Source: Planctomycetia bacterium (GTDB taxonomy: Bacteria; Planctomycetota; Planctomycetia; Pirellulales; UBA1268). Taken from it: a stretch of DNA of 37,557 nt. Position numbers and translations under genes: made by a program. The notes beneath the pieces are model-generated. The model ran no database searches, was not told where the DNA came from, and was given only the letters and a program-made list of their open reading frames with translations. The DNA lies in contig JBAWVV010000002.1 of the NCBI GenBank assembly GCA_037147115.1, forward strand, positions 1-37,557, given 5' to 3'. Shown piece by piece: positions 1 through 8,546 of this stretch (position 1 is the stretch's first letter; every line of letters starts with the position of its first letter).

Positions 1-550
1 CCCCCAGAGCGTGGGTGGTCTCGAGGGCCTTCTTCACCTGCGCCGCCGCGTAGGCGAAGACCTCGGCGTTGCAACTGGTGGCTGCGCCGTGGACGTAGCG
101 GGGGTGAGAGAAGAGGTTGGCGGTGCCCCAGAGGAGCTTGATGCCGGTCCGTTCCTGGTGGCCGCGGAGGGCTGCGGCAACGGTGTCGAGGTTGGTGTGG
201 CTCTCCGCGAGGGTCTTCCCCTCCGGTGCCACGTCACGGTCGTGAAAGCAGTAGAAGCCGACCCCGAGCTTCTCCATGAACTCAAACGCGACGTCGACCC
301 GGGCGACCGCGGCAGCGAGGGAGTCGCCGCCGATCTCCCACGGCCGGATCATCGTCGCGGCGCCGAAGGGATCGCTGCCGGTGCCGCGGAAGGTGTGCCA
401 GTAGGAGACGGCGAACCGGAGGTGGTCGCGCATCGGCTGGCCTTCGACGATCGCGTCGGCGTCGTAGTGCCGAAAGGCGAGCATGTTCTTCGTGCCCGGG
501 CCCTCGTAACGGATCGGGCCGATGCCCGGGAACGCCTCTTTCGCCGCCAT
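1..550 (-). CDS. xylA: Xylose isomerase, N-terminal 183 codons. The 3' end runs off the left edge, and it is absent from the ORF track because no stop lies in the window.
   Basis: I translated the reverse strand from the ATG at 550-548. The product is [54 protein letters not shown]...[27 protein letters not shown]...[47 protein letters not shown]. It is collinear with class II XylA N-termini ([45 protein letters not shown]). Confidence 0.85.
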   Translation of the reverse strand, partial: MAAKEAFPGIGPIRYEGPGTKNMLAFRHYDADAIVEGQPMRDHLRFAVSYWHTFRGTGSDPFGAATMIRPWEIGGDSLAAAVARVDVAFEFMEKLGVGFYCFHDRDVAPEGKTLAESHTNLDTVAAALRGHQERTGIKLLWGTANLFSHPRYVHGAATSCNAEVFAYAAAQVKKALETTHALG

Positions 551-699
551 GAATCGAATCTCCTCGGATGCCGCGAGCCGCTGGCCGGCACGCAAAAGGG
601 GCACGGTCCCGCTCCGCCGGGCGCCGTCATGGCGTGGATGGTAGCGGCGCGCGGAAAGGCGTGTCAGCCCCAGCCCGCGGTCAATCCCAGCCAACGGCT

Positions 700-1578
700 T
701 CACGGCCCCGCGGTCGGCGGCGGAGTGAAACGGGCGAGCAGTCGTCTCCCCCAGTCTGGGAACCACTCCACAAGCCCGGCGAGCCAGGCCACTTTCCGGG
801 GGACGACCAGTTCGCTCGCCCGCCGCCGGCAGGCCTCGAGAACCTGTTCTGCGAGGCGGTCGGGATCGAGCCGCTTCAAGGCGGCGCCGCCGCCGGGGCG
901 ATTTGCCTCGGCCGGCAGGCCGGCGGCGGAAACTTCGTCGGCGTAACGGTCGAACGTGGCATCGTCATCCGCTTCCTCGCGCCGGATCGGCCCGGGGGAA
1001 ACCAACAGCACGTGTGCCCCATGGGGCGCCATCTCCAGACGAACGGCGTCGACGTACGCGGCGAGGGCCGACTTCGCTACCGCATAGGGCCCCATCAACG
1101 GCGTGACGAGCTTTCCGGCGAGGCTCCCGATGTAGACCATGTGGCCGCCGGCGCGGGCGACGTCCTCAGCGGCGGCCGTGGTCAGCTCCACGGCGGTGCG
1201 GAGGTTGGCGTCGAGAAAGCCGGCGAGCTGATCGGCCGAGGTGTCGAGGATCCGTGCCCGGCCCGATCGGCCGACGGAGAAGAAGAGGTCGTCGACGCCC
1301 CCGAGCCGGTCAAGGGCCTCGCCGACGACGCGCCCCCCTTCCCCCGGGCGGGCGAGATCGGCGGCGGTGCCGAGGCTTTTTTGTCCGGCCAGCGGCTCGG
1401 GAAGCCGCTCGAGGGCGCGACGAACGCCATCGGCCGACCGGCCGACCAGGAGCACGCTCGCCCCGGCCTTCAGAAGGTGACGGGCGAGAACGAGCCCGAA
1501 GCCACTGGTGCCCCCGGCGACGATCACACGGCGGCCATGCCAGGGAGATGTGTGGGGCCTGTTGGAGGGGGCGTGCAT
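700..1578 (-). CDS. Short-chain dehydrogenase/reductase (SDR) family oxidoreductase
   Basis: The Rossmann motif [18 protein letters not shown] and the catalytic YAVAKSAL (YxxxK) are present. The track ORF extends to 1656, but codons 1579-1656 have low GC3 and are AT-rich, so the ATG at 1578 (MHAPSNRP...) is preferred. The start remains uncertain. Confidence 0.8.
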   Translation of the reverse strand: MHAPSNRPHTSPWHGRRVIVAGGTSGFGLVLARHLLKAGASVLLVGRSADGVRRALERLPEPLAGQKSLGTAADLARPGEGGRVVGEALDRLGGVDDLFFSVGRSGRARILDTSADQLAGFLDANLRTAVELTTAAAEDVARAGGHMVYIGSLAGKLVTPLMGPYAVAKSALAAYVDAVRLEMAPHGAHVLLVSPGPIRREEADDDATFDRYADEVSAAGLPAEANRPGGGAALKRLDPDRLAEQVLEACRRRASELVVPRKVAWLAGLVEWFPDWGRRLLARFTPPPTAGP

Positions 1579-1731
1579 ATTTTGGAGTTTAGCGTGGGCC
1601 CCGGTTGGCAGTCCCGCGAGCCACAAAGGCTCCTGACACGACTGTTGGGATGCCATTCGCTGCCCCGTGTCTGCCGTGCCATAGAGAGTGGCTCAGCCAA
1701 CCTTGGGGCCTTTCAAAAGTAGATTGTGTTT

Positions 1732-1752
1732 GCGTTTGGTAATCCCAAACGC
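1732..1752. promoter_or_regulatory. Perfect inverted repeat GCGTTTGG-N5-CCAAACGC, 13 nt upstream of the ATPase start. It could be an operator or a 5'-UTR hairpin.
   Basis: Read directly: gcgtttgg (1732-1739), taatc, ccaaacgc (1745-1752). It sits in the relatively AT-rich divergent spacer between the SDR and ATPase genes. Confidence 0.3.
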
Positions 1753-1764
1753 TACTGTGGTTTC

Positions 1765-2940
1765 ATGGTGAGCGATCCGTTGAACGGGGCTGTCGACCGG
1801 CCGCTGTGGCGGGAATTACTCGAACGCGAGTGGCGGGAACGCCGTGTCATTTGGCTCACCGGTCCGCGGCGTCTGGGAAAGACGACGCTTGTCCAATCGC
1901 TCCCCGACACCGACTACTTCGATTGCGATCTGCCTCGCGTCCGTCGCGACGTCGAAGACATCGAGGGCTTTTTGAAGCGGCATCGTGGCCGTCGCATCGC
2001 GCTCGATGAGATCCACCGGCTCGCGGATCCCTCGAATCTTCTCAAGGTCGCCGCCGATCATTTCCCTGACATCCATGTCGTCGCCACGGGGTCGTCCACG
2101 CTTGGGGCCAGTGCGAGGTTTCGTGACACGCTCGCCGGACGTAAACGCACCGTGCGTCTCCTGCCGGTGCTGCACCGAGAGATTGCGGCGTTCGATGTCC
2201 CCACACCGGAGCGCCGACTTCTCCGCGGCGGCCTGCCGGAGCACCTCACCTCATCGGCCCTACCGGAAAGGGATTTCGCGGAGTGGATCGAGGCCTTCTG
2301 GGCCCGTGACATCCTCGAACTGTTCTCCGTGGGGAAGCGATACTCTTTCCTCCGCTTCCTCGAACTCCTCTGGGCCCAGAGTGGCGGCATGTGCGAGCTG
2401 ACCGGATTCACGGCCGCTTGCGAGGCGAGTCGACAGACCCTGGCGAATTACCTCGACATTTTTGCCGCCACGGGAGTCGTGCACGTCCTCCGTCCCTTCG
2501 CCACGCATCCGTCGCGGGAAATCGTCTCGATGCCGAAGGTCTATGCCTTCGATACCGGCTTTGTCTGTTATGCACGCTCGGTTGATACGCTGCGGATGAG
2601 CGACAAGGGGGGGCTTTTCGAGCACCTCGTGCTCGATGAGCTCTGTTTCGAGGTCGGCGCCGAGACGTTGCACTATTGGCGTGACAAGCAGAAACACGAG
2701 ATCGATTTTGTCTGGACGCCCCGCGGCCAGCCGCCGGTGGCGATCGAATGCAAGTGGCGGGCGGCAGGATTCGACCCCGTCGCGATGAAGGTGTTCGCCG
2801 GTCTCCACCCCGAGGCCGCCTTCTGGCTGATTGCTGAGGATCGAGATTCCTGGACCATGAGGCGTTATGGAAGTATCGACGTCATCGAGTGCGGGCCGGC
2901 CCATCTCCCGGAACTGGTCGCTCGGCACCGGCAGCGGTAA
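1765..2940 (+). CDS. AAA+ ATPase of the AAA_14/DUF4143 type, with a PD-(D/E)xK-like C-terminal motif
   Basis: Walker A is LTGPRRLGKTTL and Walker B-like is IALDEIH. The C-terminus reads HEIDFVW-(10)-VAIECKW (D...ExK). The track ORF starts at GTG 1726, but the ATG at 1765 (MVSDPLNG) lies after the inverted repeat and is preferred. GC3 is visibly lower than in neighbouring genes. Confidence 0.8.
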   Translation: MVSDPLNGAVDRPLWRELLEREWRERRVIWLTGPRRLGKTTLVQSLPDTDYFDCDLPRVRRDVEDIEGFLKRHRGRRIALDEIHRLADPSNLLKVAADHFPDIHVVATGSSTLGASARFRDTLAGRKRTVRLLPVLHREIAAFDVPTPERRLLRGGLPEHLTSSALPERDFAEWIEAFWARDILELFSVGKRYSFLRFLELLWAQSGGMCELTGFTAACEASRQTLANYLDIFAATGVVHVLRPFATHPSREIVSMPKVYAFDTGFVCYARSVDTLRMSDKGGLFEHLVLDELCFEVGAETLHYWRDKQKHEIDFVWTPRGQPPVAIECKWRAAGFDPVAMKVFAGLHPEAAFWLIAEDRDSWTMRRYGSIDVIECGPAHLPELVARHRQR

Positions 2941-3093
2941 TGCTCTGCGGCGGGAGGATCGCTCCGCGGTCGCGGCGACGGCGGGTCGGCTCCTCCCGCC
3001 CTGATTCGCGCCAGCCGGCTCCCGCGGTAGGCTGTTCCGCGCTCACCCAGCCGCCCCTGCCCTGCCCTTCCCATCCCACCTTCCGAGGGCTCC

Positions 3094-4653
3094 ATGTCCG
3101 GCTCCTCTCCCGACTCATCGAAGGATTCCCGCTGGCCTCTCGACCGGGCCGCCCCGCTGCAGCGTCAACCCGATCCCGACCCCGATCTTGTGCGCACGAA
3201 GATCGTCGCCACCCTCGGACCGGCCTCCCGTTCGGAAGAGGCGATCCGTGGCCTCGTTCAGGCGGGGGTCGACGTCTTTCGGCTGAACATGGCCCACGGG
3301 TCTCTTCCAGAGCATGCCGAGACGCTCGAGAGGATTCGACGGATTTCGGACGAGCTCGTCCGCCCGGTGGGGGTACTCGTCGATCTTGCCGGGCCGAAGA
3401 TCCGTCTTGGCGAGCTTCCCGACGGCGCGGTCGACTGCGTCGAAGGGACGCGGATCAGCTTTGCCCGTGGGCCGGGGCCCGCCACGGCCGACACCTTTAC
3501 CACCACCTACGCGCCGCTCGTCGACGAACTCCGAGTCGGCGATCCGGTCATGCTCGCCGACGGCACGGTGAGTCTCGTCGTGGAGGAGCGCCAGCCAGAT
3601 GAAGTGATTTGCCGGGTCGTCCAAGAAGGGACGGTGCGGAGCAGGCAGGGGGTCAATCTCCCCGGCGTGAAGCTCTCGGTGGCCGCCATGAGTGCTGCGG
3701 ATTGGGAGCATGCCGAGTGGGCCGCCGGAGTGGGGGCCGACTTCGTCAGCCTGTCGTTCGTGCGCTCGCCGGTCGAGGTCCGCCTCCTCAAGGAGTTGCT
3801 TCGGACTCGAGGCTCGGTCGCCAGCGTCGTCGCCAAGATCGAGAAGCGCGAGGCGGTCGACGCCATGGAAGAGATCGTCGAGGCGGCCGACGTCGTCATG
3901 GTCGCCCGCGGCGATCTGGGGGTGGAGATCGACGTTGCCACGATGCCAATGGTCCAGAAGCGGATCATCCGCGTTTGCCAGCGCTTTCAAAAGCCGGTGA
4001 TCGTCGCCACCCAGATGCTCGACAGCATGCAGCATTCGCGACGGCCGACGCGGGCCGAGGCGACCGACGTCGCCAATGCGATCCTCGACGGCGCCGACGC
4101 CTGCATGCTCTCCGGCGAGACGGCGATCGGCGACCATCCGAGCCTCGTCGTGGAGATGATGCGGCGGATCGCCCGTGCCACCGAGTCGCAGTATCTCGCC
4201 GATCGGCGGCTTTCGCTCGAGGAACGGCAGCGGGCCCCGTGGCTGGCGGCGGCCGCGGAAGTCGGCCCGCCGGAGGTACTCGCCGAGGGGCTTCACCCGA
4301 TCACGCAGGCCGTGGTCGATGGGGCGGGGCGGATTGCCGTCGACGTCGGGGCGCGGCTTGTCGTGGTCGCCAGTCGCACCGGATTAACAGCGATTTCCAG
4401 GTCGAAACGGCGCGGGGCGGTCCCCACCGTGGGCGTGAGCGACAACGTCGCCACGCTCCGGCAGATGGCCCTCTACTGGGGAGTGACGCCGCTGGCGGGG
4501 ACCGTTTCCACCGATGTCCAGGCGCTCCTGGGCCATGTCACGAGTTGGGGCCTCAGCGCCGGTCGATTGCGAACAGGGGACAGGATCGTGCTCGTGGCCG
4601 GTGTCGGCTTCGGGACGGGAGGCCATAATATGGCGCTGGTCAAGGAAGTCTGA
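3094..4653 (+). CDS. pyk: Pyruvate kinase
   Basis: Conserved blocks are present: KIVATLGPAS, VDVFRLNMAHGS, KIEKREAV, MVARGDLGVEI, ATQMLDSM, MLSGETA. A GAGGG lies 5 nt upstream of the ATG. Confidence 0.92.
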   Translation: MSGSSPDSSKDSRWPLDRAAPLQRQPDPDPDLVRTKIVATLGPASRSEEAIRGLVQAGVDVFRLNMAHGSLPEHAETLERIRRISDELVRPVGVLVDLAGPKIRLGELPDGAVDCVEGTRISFARGPGPATADTFTTTYAPLVDELRVGDPVMLADGTVSLVVEERQPDEVICRVVQEGTVRSRQGVNLPGVKLSVAAMSAADWEHAEWAAGVGADFVSLSFVRSPVEVRLLKELLRTRGSVASVVAKIEKREAVDAMEEIVEAADVVMVARGDLGVEIDVATMPMVQKRIIRVCQRFQKPVIVATQMLDSMQHSRRPTRAEATDVANAILDGADACMLSGETAIGDHPSLVVEMMRRIARATESQYLADRRLSLEERQRAPWLAAAAEVGPPEVLAEGLHPITQAVVDGAGRIAVDVGARLVVVASRTGLTAISRSKRRGAVPTVGVSDNVATLRQMALYWGVTPLAGTVSTDVQALLGHVTSWGLSAGRLRTGDRIVLVAGVGFGTGGHNMALVKEV

Positions 4654-4659
4654 CCGTTT

Positions 4660-4678
4660 CCCCGGCTCACGGCCGGGG
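4660..4678 (+). terminator. GC hairpin downstream of pyk (ccccggc-tcacg-gccgggg), a possible terminator
   Basis: A 7-bp perfect stem starts 7 nt after the pyk stop. A T7 run lies at 4697-4703, which is not immediately adjacent, so this is a weak call. Confidence 0.3.
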
Positions 4679-4753
4679 GAGAAAATGCCGATTGTGTTTT
4701 TTTCGGGAGCAAGGGTCCCGGCGGCCCATCAACGTTTCGATCGAGGAGCATTC

Positions 4754-5977
4754 GTGAGCGGAAATCGGACCAAGTGCGTGCTGGCGTATTCGGGGGGGCT
4801 CGACACCTCCGTGATCCTCGGCTGGCTCATCGAGCGCGGCTATGACGTGATCGCCGTCTACGTCGACCTCGGTCAGCCCTGCGAGGATCGAGCGGCAACG
4901 CTCGCCAAGGCCCGCACCTGTGGCGCCATCCACGCCGAGATCGTCGATGTCCGCGAGGAGCTGTGCCGCGACTTCGCCTTCCCGGTCCTCCAGTGGCAGG
5001 CCCGCTACGAGGGCACCTACCTCCTTGGCACCTCGATCGCCCGGCCGCTGATCTCGAAGGTGATCGTCGACATCGCCCATCGCGAGGGGGCCTCGGTGTT
5101 CGCCCACGGCGCCACCGGCAAGGGGAACGACCAGTGCCGCTTCCAGCTCGCCGCCGAAGCGCTCGATCCGAAGATCGCCGTCCTCGCCCCGTGGCGGATC
5201 CGCGAATTCCGCGAGCGCTTTCCCGGCCGCACGGAGCTCATCGATTTCTGTGACGAGCGCGACATCCCGGTGAAGGCCTCGAAGGGGAAGCCCTACAGCT
5301 CCGACGAAAACTGCCTCCACACCAGCTACGAGGCGGGTCTCCTCGAGGAGATGACGACCGACGGCTTCGAGCTGGTCGAGTTCGGGATGACGGTCTCGCC
5401 TCAAGCTGCCCCCGAGAAGCCGGAAATGGTGCGGATCGACTTCGAATCGGGGGTGCCGACGAAGGTCAACGGCAAGGCGCTTGCGCCCCACGAGATCGTC
5501 CTCGAGCTCAACGCAATCGGCGGCCGCAATGGTGTCGGCCGGTCCGACATCGTCGAGAATCGGTTCGTCGGCATGAAGAGCCGCGGGGTTTATGAGGCGC
5601 CGGGGATGACGCTCCTCTACGAGGCCCACCGGCTCGTCGAGCAGCTGACCCTCGACCGCGACCTCGTCCACCTCCGCGACCGGATCGCGCCGGAGGTGGC
5701 GGAGATGGTTTATTACGGCTTTTGGTACTGCGCGAAGATGGACGCCCTCTCGGCATTCATCCGCGAGGCCCAAAAGCCGGTCACCGGCACCGTCGAGCTC
5801 AATCTCTACAAGGGGAACATGCTCGTGAAGAGCCGAACGAGCCCCAACAGCCTCTACGACGCGGCGATCGCGTCGATGGAAGGGGGCGGTTCGTACGACC
5901 AGACCGATGCCGAGGGCTTCCTGCGGATCATGGGGCTTCCGGGGCGCGTTCAGGGGGCGGTACGGCCACGCGGCTGA
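4754..5977 (+). CDS. argG: Argininosuccinate synthase
   Basis: CVLAYSGGLDTSV (N-type ATP pyrophosphatase motif), GATGKGNDQCRF and NRFVGMKSRGVYE are present. The GTG at 4754 is preceded by AGGAG at 4744-4748. The track ORF start at 4514 overlaps pyk and is an upstream extension. Confidence 0.92.
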   Translation: MSGNRTKCVLAYSGGLDTSVILGWLIERGYDVIAVYVDLGQPCEDRAATLAKARTCGAIHAEIVDVREELCRDFAFPVLQWQARYEGTYLLGTSIARPLISKVIVDIAHREGASVFAHGATGKGNDQCRFQLAAEALDPKIAVLAPWRIREFRERFPGRTELIDFCDERDIPVKASKGKPYSSDENCLHTSYEAGLLEEMTTDGFELVEFGMTVSPQAAPEKPEMVRIDFESGVPTKVNGKALAPHEIVLELNAIGGRNGVGRSDIVENRFVGMKSRGVYEAPGMTLLYEAHRLVEQLTLDRDLVHLRDRIAPEVAEMVYYGFWYCAKMDALSAFIREAQKPVTGTVELNLYKGNMLVKSRTSPNSLYDAAIASMEGGGSYDQTDAEGFLRIMGLPGRVQGAVRPRG

Positions 5978-6782
5978 CCGCCCGCTCCGCCGCCTCGGGA
6001 TCGACCTGCTGCAAGGCGACTTCGAGGGGGAGATTTTCTCCACTCGTCGCCTCCGCTGCCGGGACGGCGACCGCTGCGGTGGAGCCGGGGCACGGCGTCA
6101 AACAAGCGACCCGCCAGAATCGCCCCGACGCGGTCCTGGCGGTGCCGCTCACCGTGCCGTCGGGGGAGAGGGCAATGACGACGTCGGCGAGTGTTGGCCC
6201 CCCTCCGCCGATCCCCGTGCCGAGGCACTTGAGGCAGGCCTCCTTGCAGGTCCAGAGCCGGTAGAACACCGCCGCCGCCTCGTCGTCGGGGAGTCCCTCG
6301 AGGAAGCGCGACTCCTCCGGCGCGAAGTGATCGGCGATCCGGCGGAGATCGGCAAGCGTGCGACGGGCGGTGTCGATCCGCTCGAGATCGACGCCGATCG
6401 CCGGACCGTCGGGGGCAGCCGGGCCGGTGACGGCCCGCGCGTTTGCCAGGGGGAGAAAGGCATACAGCGCGAGCCCCCCGCTCCGCGCCAGATTGAAGCC
6501 CGGTGGGCCATTCGCAGTGGCAACGCCTGCGCGGCGGAGTTCGGCTGCGGCAAGCATCGGCTTGCCCGCCGGGCCGGGCTCGAGCGGCACGCGCGAGGCT
6601 TCGATCCCGAGCCGCTCCCCGAGGAGTCGGTGGAGGAGCCCGCGGCGGACGATGAAGCGATCGCGGTCGAGCGAATGGTGGAATCGTTGCGCTCGCGCCT
6701 GTTCGTCGGCGGAGAGCGTCGCGGCAAAGATGGCCGGTCGCCAATCGTCGCAGTCGGCGAGGTGGAGGGAGATGGGGGGCAT
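5928..6782 (-). CDS. Sfp-type 4'-phosphopantetheinyl transferase
   Basis: From the ATG at 6782: MPPISLHLADCDDW...ADEQARAQRFHH..DRDRFIVRRGLLHRLLG; AIGVDLERID; FYRLWTCKEACLKCLG (W/F-x-x-KE-x-x-K motif). The 566-aa track ORF (to 7628) is an upstream extension that lies antisense to the membrane-protein gene. Confidence 0.8.
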   Translation of the reverse strand: MPPISLHLADCDDWRPAIFAATLSADEQARAQRFHHSLDRDRFIVRRGLLHRLLGERLGIEASRVPLEPGPAGKPMLAAAELRRAGVATANGPPGFNLARSGGLALYAFLPLANARAVTGPAAPDGPAIGVDLERIDTARRTLADLRRIADHFAPEESRFLEGLPDDEAAAVFYRLWTCKEACLKCLGTGIGGGGPTLADVVIALSPDGTVSGTARTASGRFWRVACLTPCPGSTAAVAVPAAEATSGENLPLEVALQQVDPEAAERAVSRVAVPPPERAPEAP

Positions 6783-6982
6783 GACGGGATCGAAACGGAG
6801 GGGCGAAAGAATCGGTTGGGACGGTGAATAATCGGACCGTGCCGTGGCAGCCGGGGCCATCAATTTCGCTTGTGGGTGGGCAATCCCGCGGGCGGCAGGA
6901 GGGAGGTCGAAAACCCAGCGATCAACGGCCACACTACATCGTCCGGCAGCGTCGCCGGCCTGTCGAGGAGTTCCCGAAGTCC

Positions 6983-7222
6983 ATGATCTCTCCGTCTCCC
7001 GTGCCTGCGGGGCTAGCGCGTTCCATCGCCCCGTACCGCAGGTCCATCCATCGGGTGTTTGACGGCCGGGTGCGTGAGCACCCCGATGCGGTGGCGATCG
7101 AGTGTGGGGAAAGGCGGTGGACCTATGCCGAGATCGCCGCTGCGAGTCGCTCTTTCGCAGCCGAGCTGCGCGATGCCGGCGTTTTTTTTCCGGGCGATCC
7201 CCGGGAACGGGGGCGGGCATGA
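6983..7222 (+). pseudogene. Stub of an NRPS/adenylate-forming enzyme. Only the first ~75 residues of an adenylation domain are present (A1 core), with nothing downstream.
   Basis: SIHRVFDGRVREHPDAVAIECGERRWTYAEIAAASRSFAAELRDAGV..PGD matches the canonical A-domain N-terminus (compare GrsA [47 protein letters not shown]). The frame stops at 7222, 33 nt after a T8 run (7182-7189). There are no A2-A10 motifs in any frame downstream. Its stop overlaps the next start (ATGA). Confidence 0.5.
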
Positions 7223-8385
7223 GCAGACGTGCGATCCTGTTGAAGATCGAGGCCCGTCGGCCCGCTTCCTGGTTGCTCCTTCTCGCCGCGCTCGGCGGGG
7301 CTTCCGTCGCCGGCAGCGGACGTGTTGAAGGCATGCCGACGGCTGCGGTCGGATTCCTCCTCGGGGGATTGTTGGCCGTGGCGGCGCTCGGTGACCGCGG
7401 CCCCGCGCCGGCCGGCCACCTCGGCGGAGCTGGGATGGGAATGGTGGCGAGGATCGTCTGGCCGCTGATCGGGGGAATCATTGGGGCCTTAGCCAGCCCC
7501 GCCGGGCCATCCCTCGGTGCCCTTGTCGGCTTCCTCCTCGGGATTGGCTTCGCCGCCCTCCTCTCCGCGCGCTTCCAGAGGGAATTGACCAACCGTGCCG
7601 ATATCGCCAGCTCCGTTCTGCTGATCACCGCCGGTGTCGGGCTGGCAGGAGGTTGGGGATGGACGCGGTTTCCGGATCACGGCCTGGCGGCGGGGAGCGC
7701 GATGGTTGTCGCCGTTGTCGCGACGGTCGTCGGTGCGGCGACCGCCGTCCGCCTCCCCGTCGCTGAGCGAAAGCCGCGGGGAACGGGGCGCTTGATCGCC
7801 TCGGGCGAACCGGCGCGGGGGCGGCTCGATCTGTGCGGGATGGCCGTCGCGTTGACGGCGATGGTTGTTTGCCTGTTCCTCGCGCCCGATGCGGCAGCCA
7901 CGAATGTGGTCGTGGCGCTCGCCTGTTTCCTGGCGTTGGCCGTGCCCGAAGCGACCATCTCACCGGTCGGAGCGGAACGCGGCTGGAGCCGGTTGATGGG
8001 ATCGGTGCCGGTTCGGGGGCCGGGCGGGCGATTCGGCATGACGGGTCTGGTCAGCGAGAGCGTCGGATTTCACGCCCTCATGCTCGGCTGGCCCTCGCTC
8101 GTGGCCTTCCTTCTGCTGGCGGGGGATCGGGACCGATCGGCCGGCGCGTTGGCCTCCGTTGCGGCCCTCTCGGCCACCGCGGCGATCACCTGGGGGACGG
8201 TATCGCTCCTGCGGCGCCGGGTCGACGGCGGCACGACGATGGCGGCGGTAGTCGCCCTCCTGATTGTCGTTTGGATGATCGTGGTGTCATCCCTGCCGTT
8301 GGCCGGTCCAGTCGATCCAGTCCGGTCGGTCCAGGGGGGGCGCGGCGCCGCCAGCACCGGCTCCGGGGCATTCCTGACGGATTGA
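7219..8385 (+). CDS. Polytopic membrane protein, function unknown
   Basis: The ATG at 7219 overlaps the stop of the upstream stub (ATGA). There are multiple long hydrophobic segments (WLLLLAALGGASVA, AAVGFLLGGLLAVAAL, IVWPLIGGIIGALA, LVGFLLGIGFAALL, AMVVAVVATVVGAA, and others). No recognisable family motif was seen. Confidence 0.6.
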   Translation: MSRRAILLKIEARRPASWLLLLAALGGASVAGSGRVEGMPTAAVGFLLGGLLAVAALGDRGPAPAGHLGGAGMGMVARIVWPLIGGIIGALASPAGPSLGALVGFLLGIGFAALLSARFQRELTNRADIASSVLLITAGVGLAGGWGWTRFPDHGLAAGSAMVVAVVATVVGAATAVRLPVAERKPRGTGRLIASGEPARGRLDLCGMAVALTAMVVCLFLAPDAAATNVVVALACFLALAVPEATISPVGAERGWSRLMGSVPVRGPGGRFGMTGLVSESVGFHALMLGWPSLVAFLLLAGDRDRSAGALASVAALSATAAITWGTVSLLRRRVDGGTTMAAVVALLIVVWMIVVSSLPLAGPVDPVRSVQGGRGAASTGSGAFLTD

Positions 8386-8546
8386 TCGGACGGCGATCTT
8401 GCCGGGCTTGCGCACCTTTCCCGGCCGGTTGGCAAAGGAAACCTGTCCACCGTGATCGGGTCCAGATTCCGCCCGGACCGGCACGATAAGGAAGGGGAGC
8501 GCGCCAAACTGTCGCGCCCTTGCGGTGACTTCAAGGAGGAGTTCTC

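Noticed and set aside
11-946. A 311-aa plus-strand ORF at the left edge.
   Set aside because: It lies antisense to the clearly recognisable xylA N-terminus (1-550, minus strand) and to the 3' end of the SDR gene. Its composition is Gly/Arg/Ala/Pro-rich with no motifs.
7182-7330. The possibility that the adenylation-domain ORF continues after a frameshift at the T8 tract.
   Set aside because: I translated all three frames downstream. None contains A2 (LKAGxAYxPxD) or A3 (YTSGSTGxPKG)-type motifs. The +2 frame is the hydrophobic membrane protein; its RAILL...LLLLAALGGAS stretch only superficially resembles the A-domain region before A2.
6783-7628. The upstream 282 codons of the 566-aa minus-strand ORF 5928-7628, which would greatly extend the PPTase.
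   Set aside because: PPTase homology starts at the internal MPPISLHL (ATG at 6782). The extension is Arg/Pro-rich and overlaps the plus-strand stub and the membrane-protein gene. The same logic trims 30880-34578 to ccsA 30880-33570, 13638-16241 to 14262-16241, 4514-5977 to argG 4754-5977, and 25305 to 25428 for comEC.
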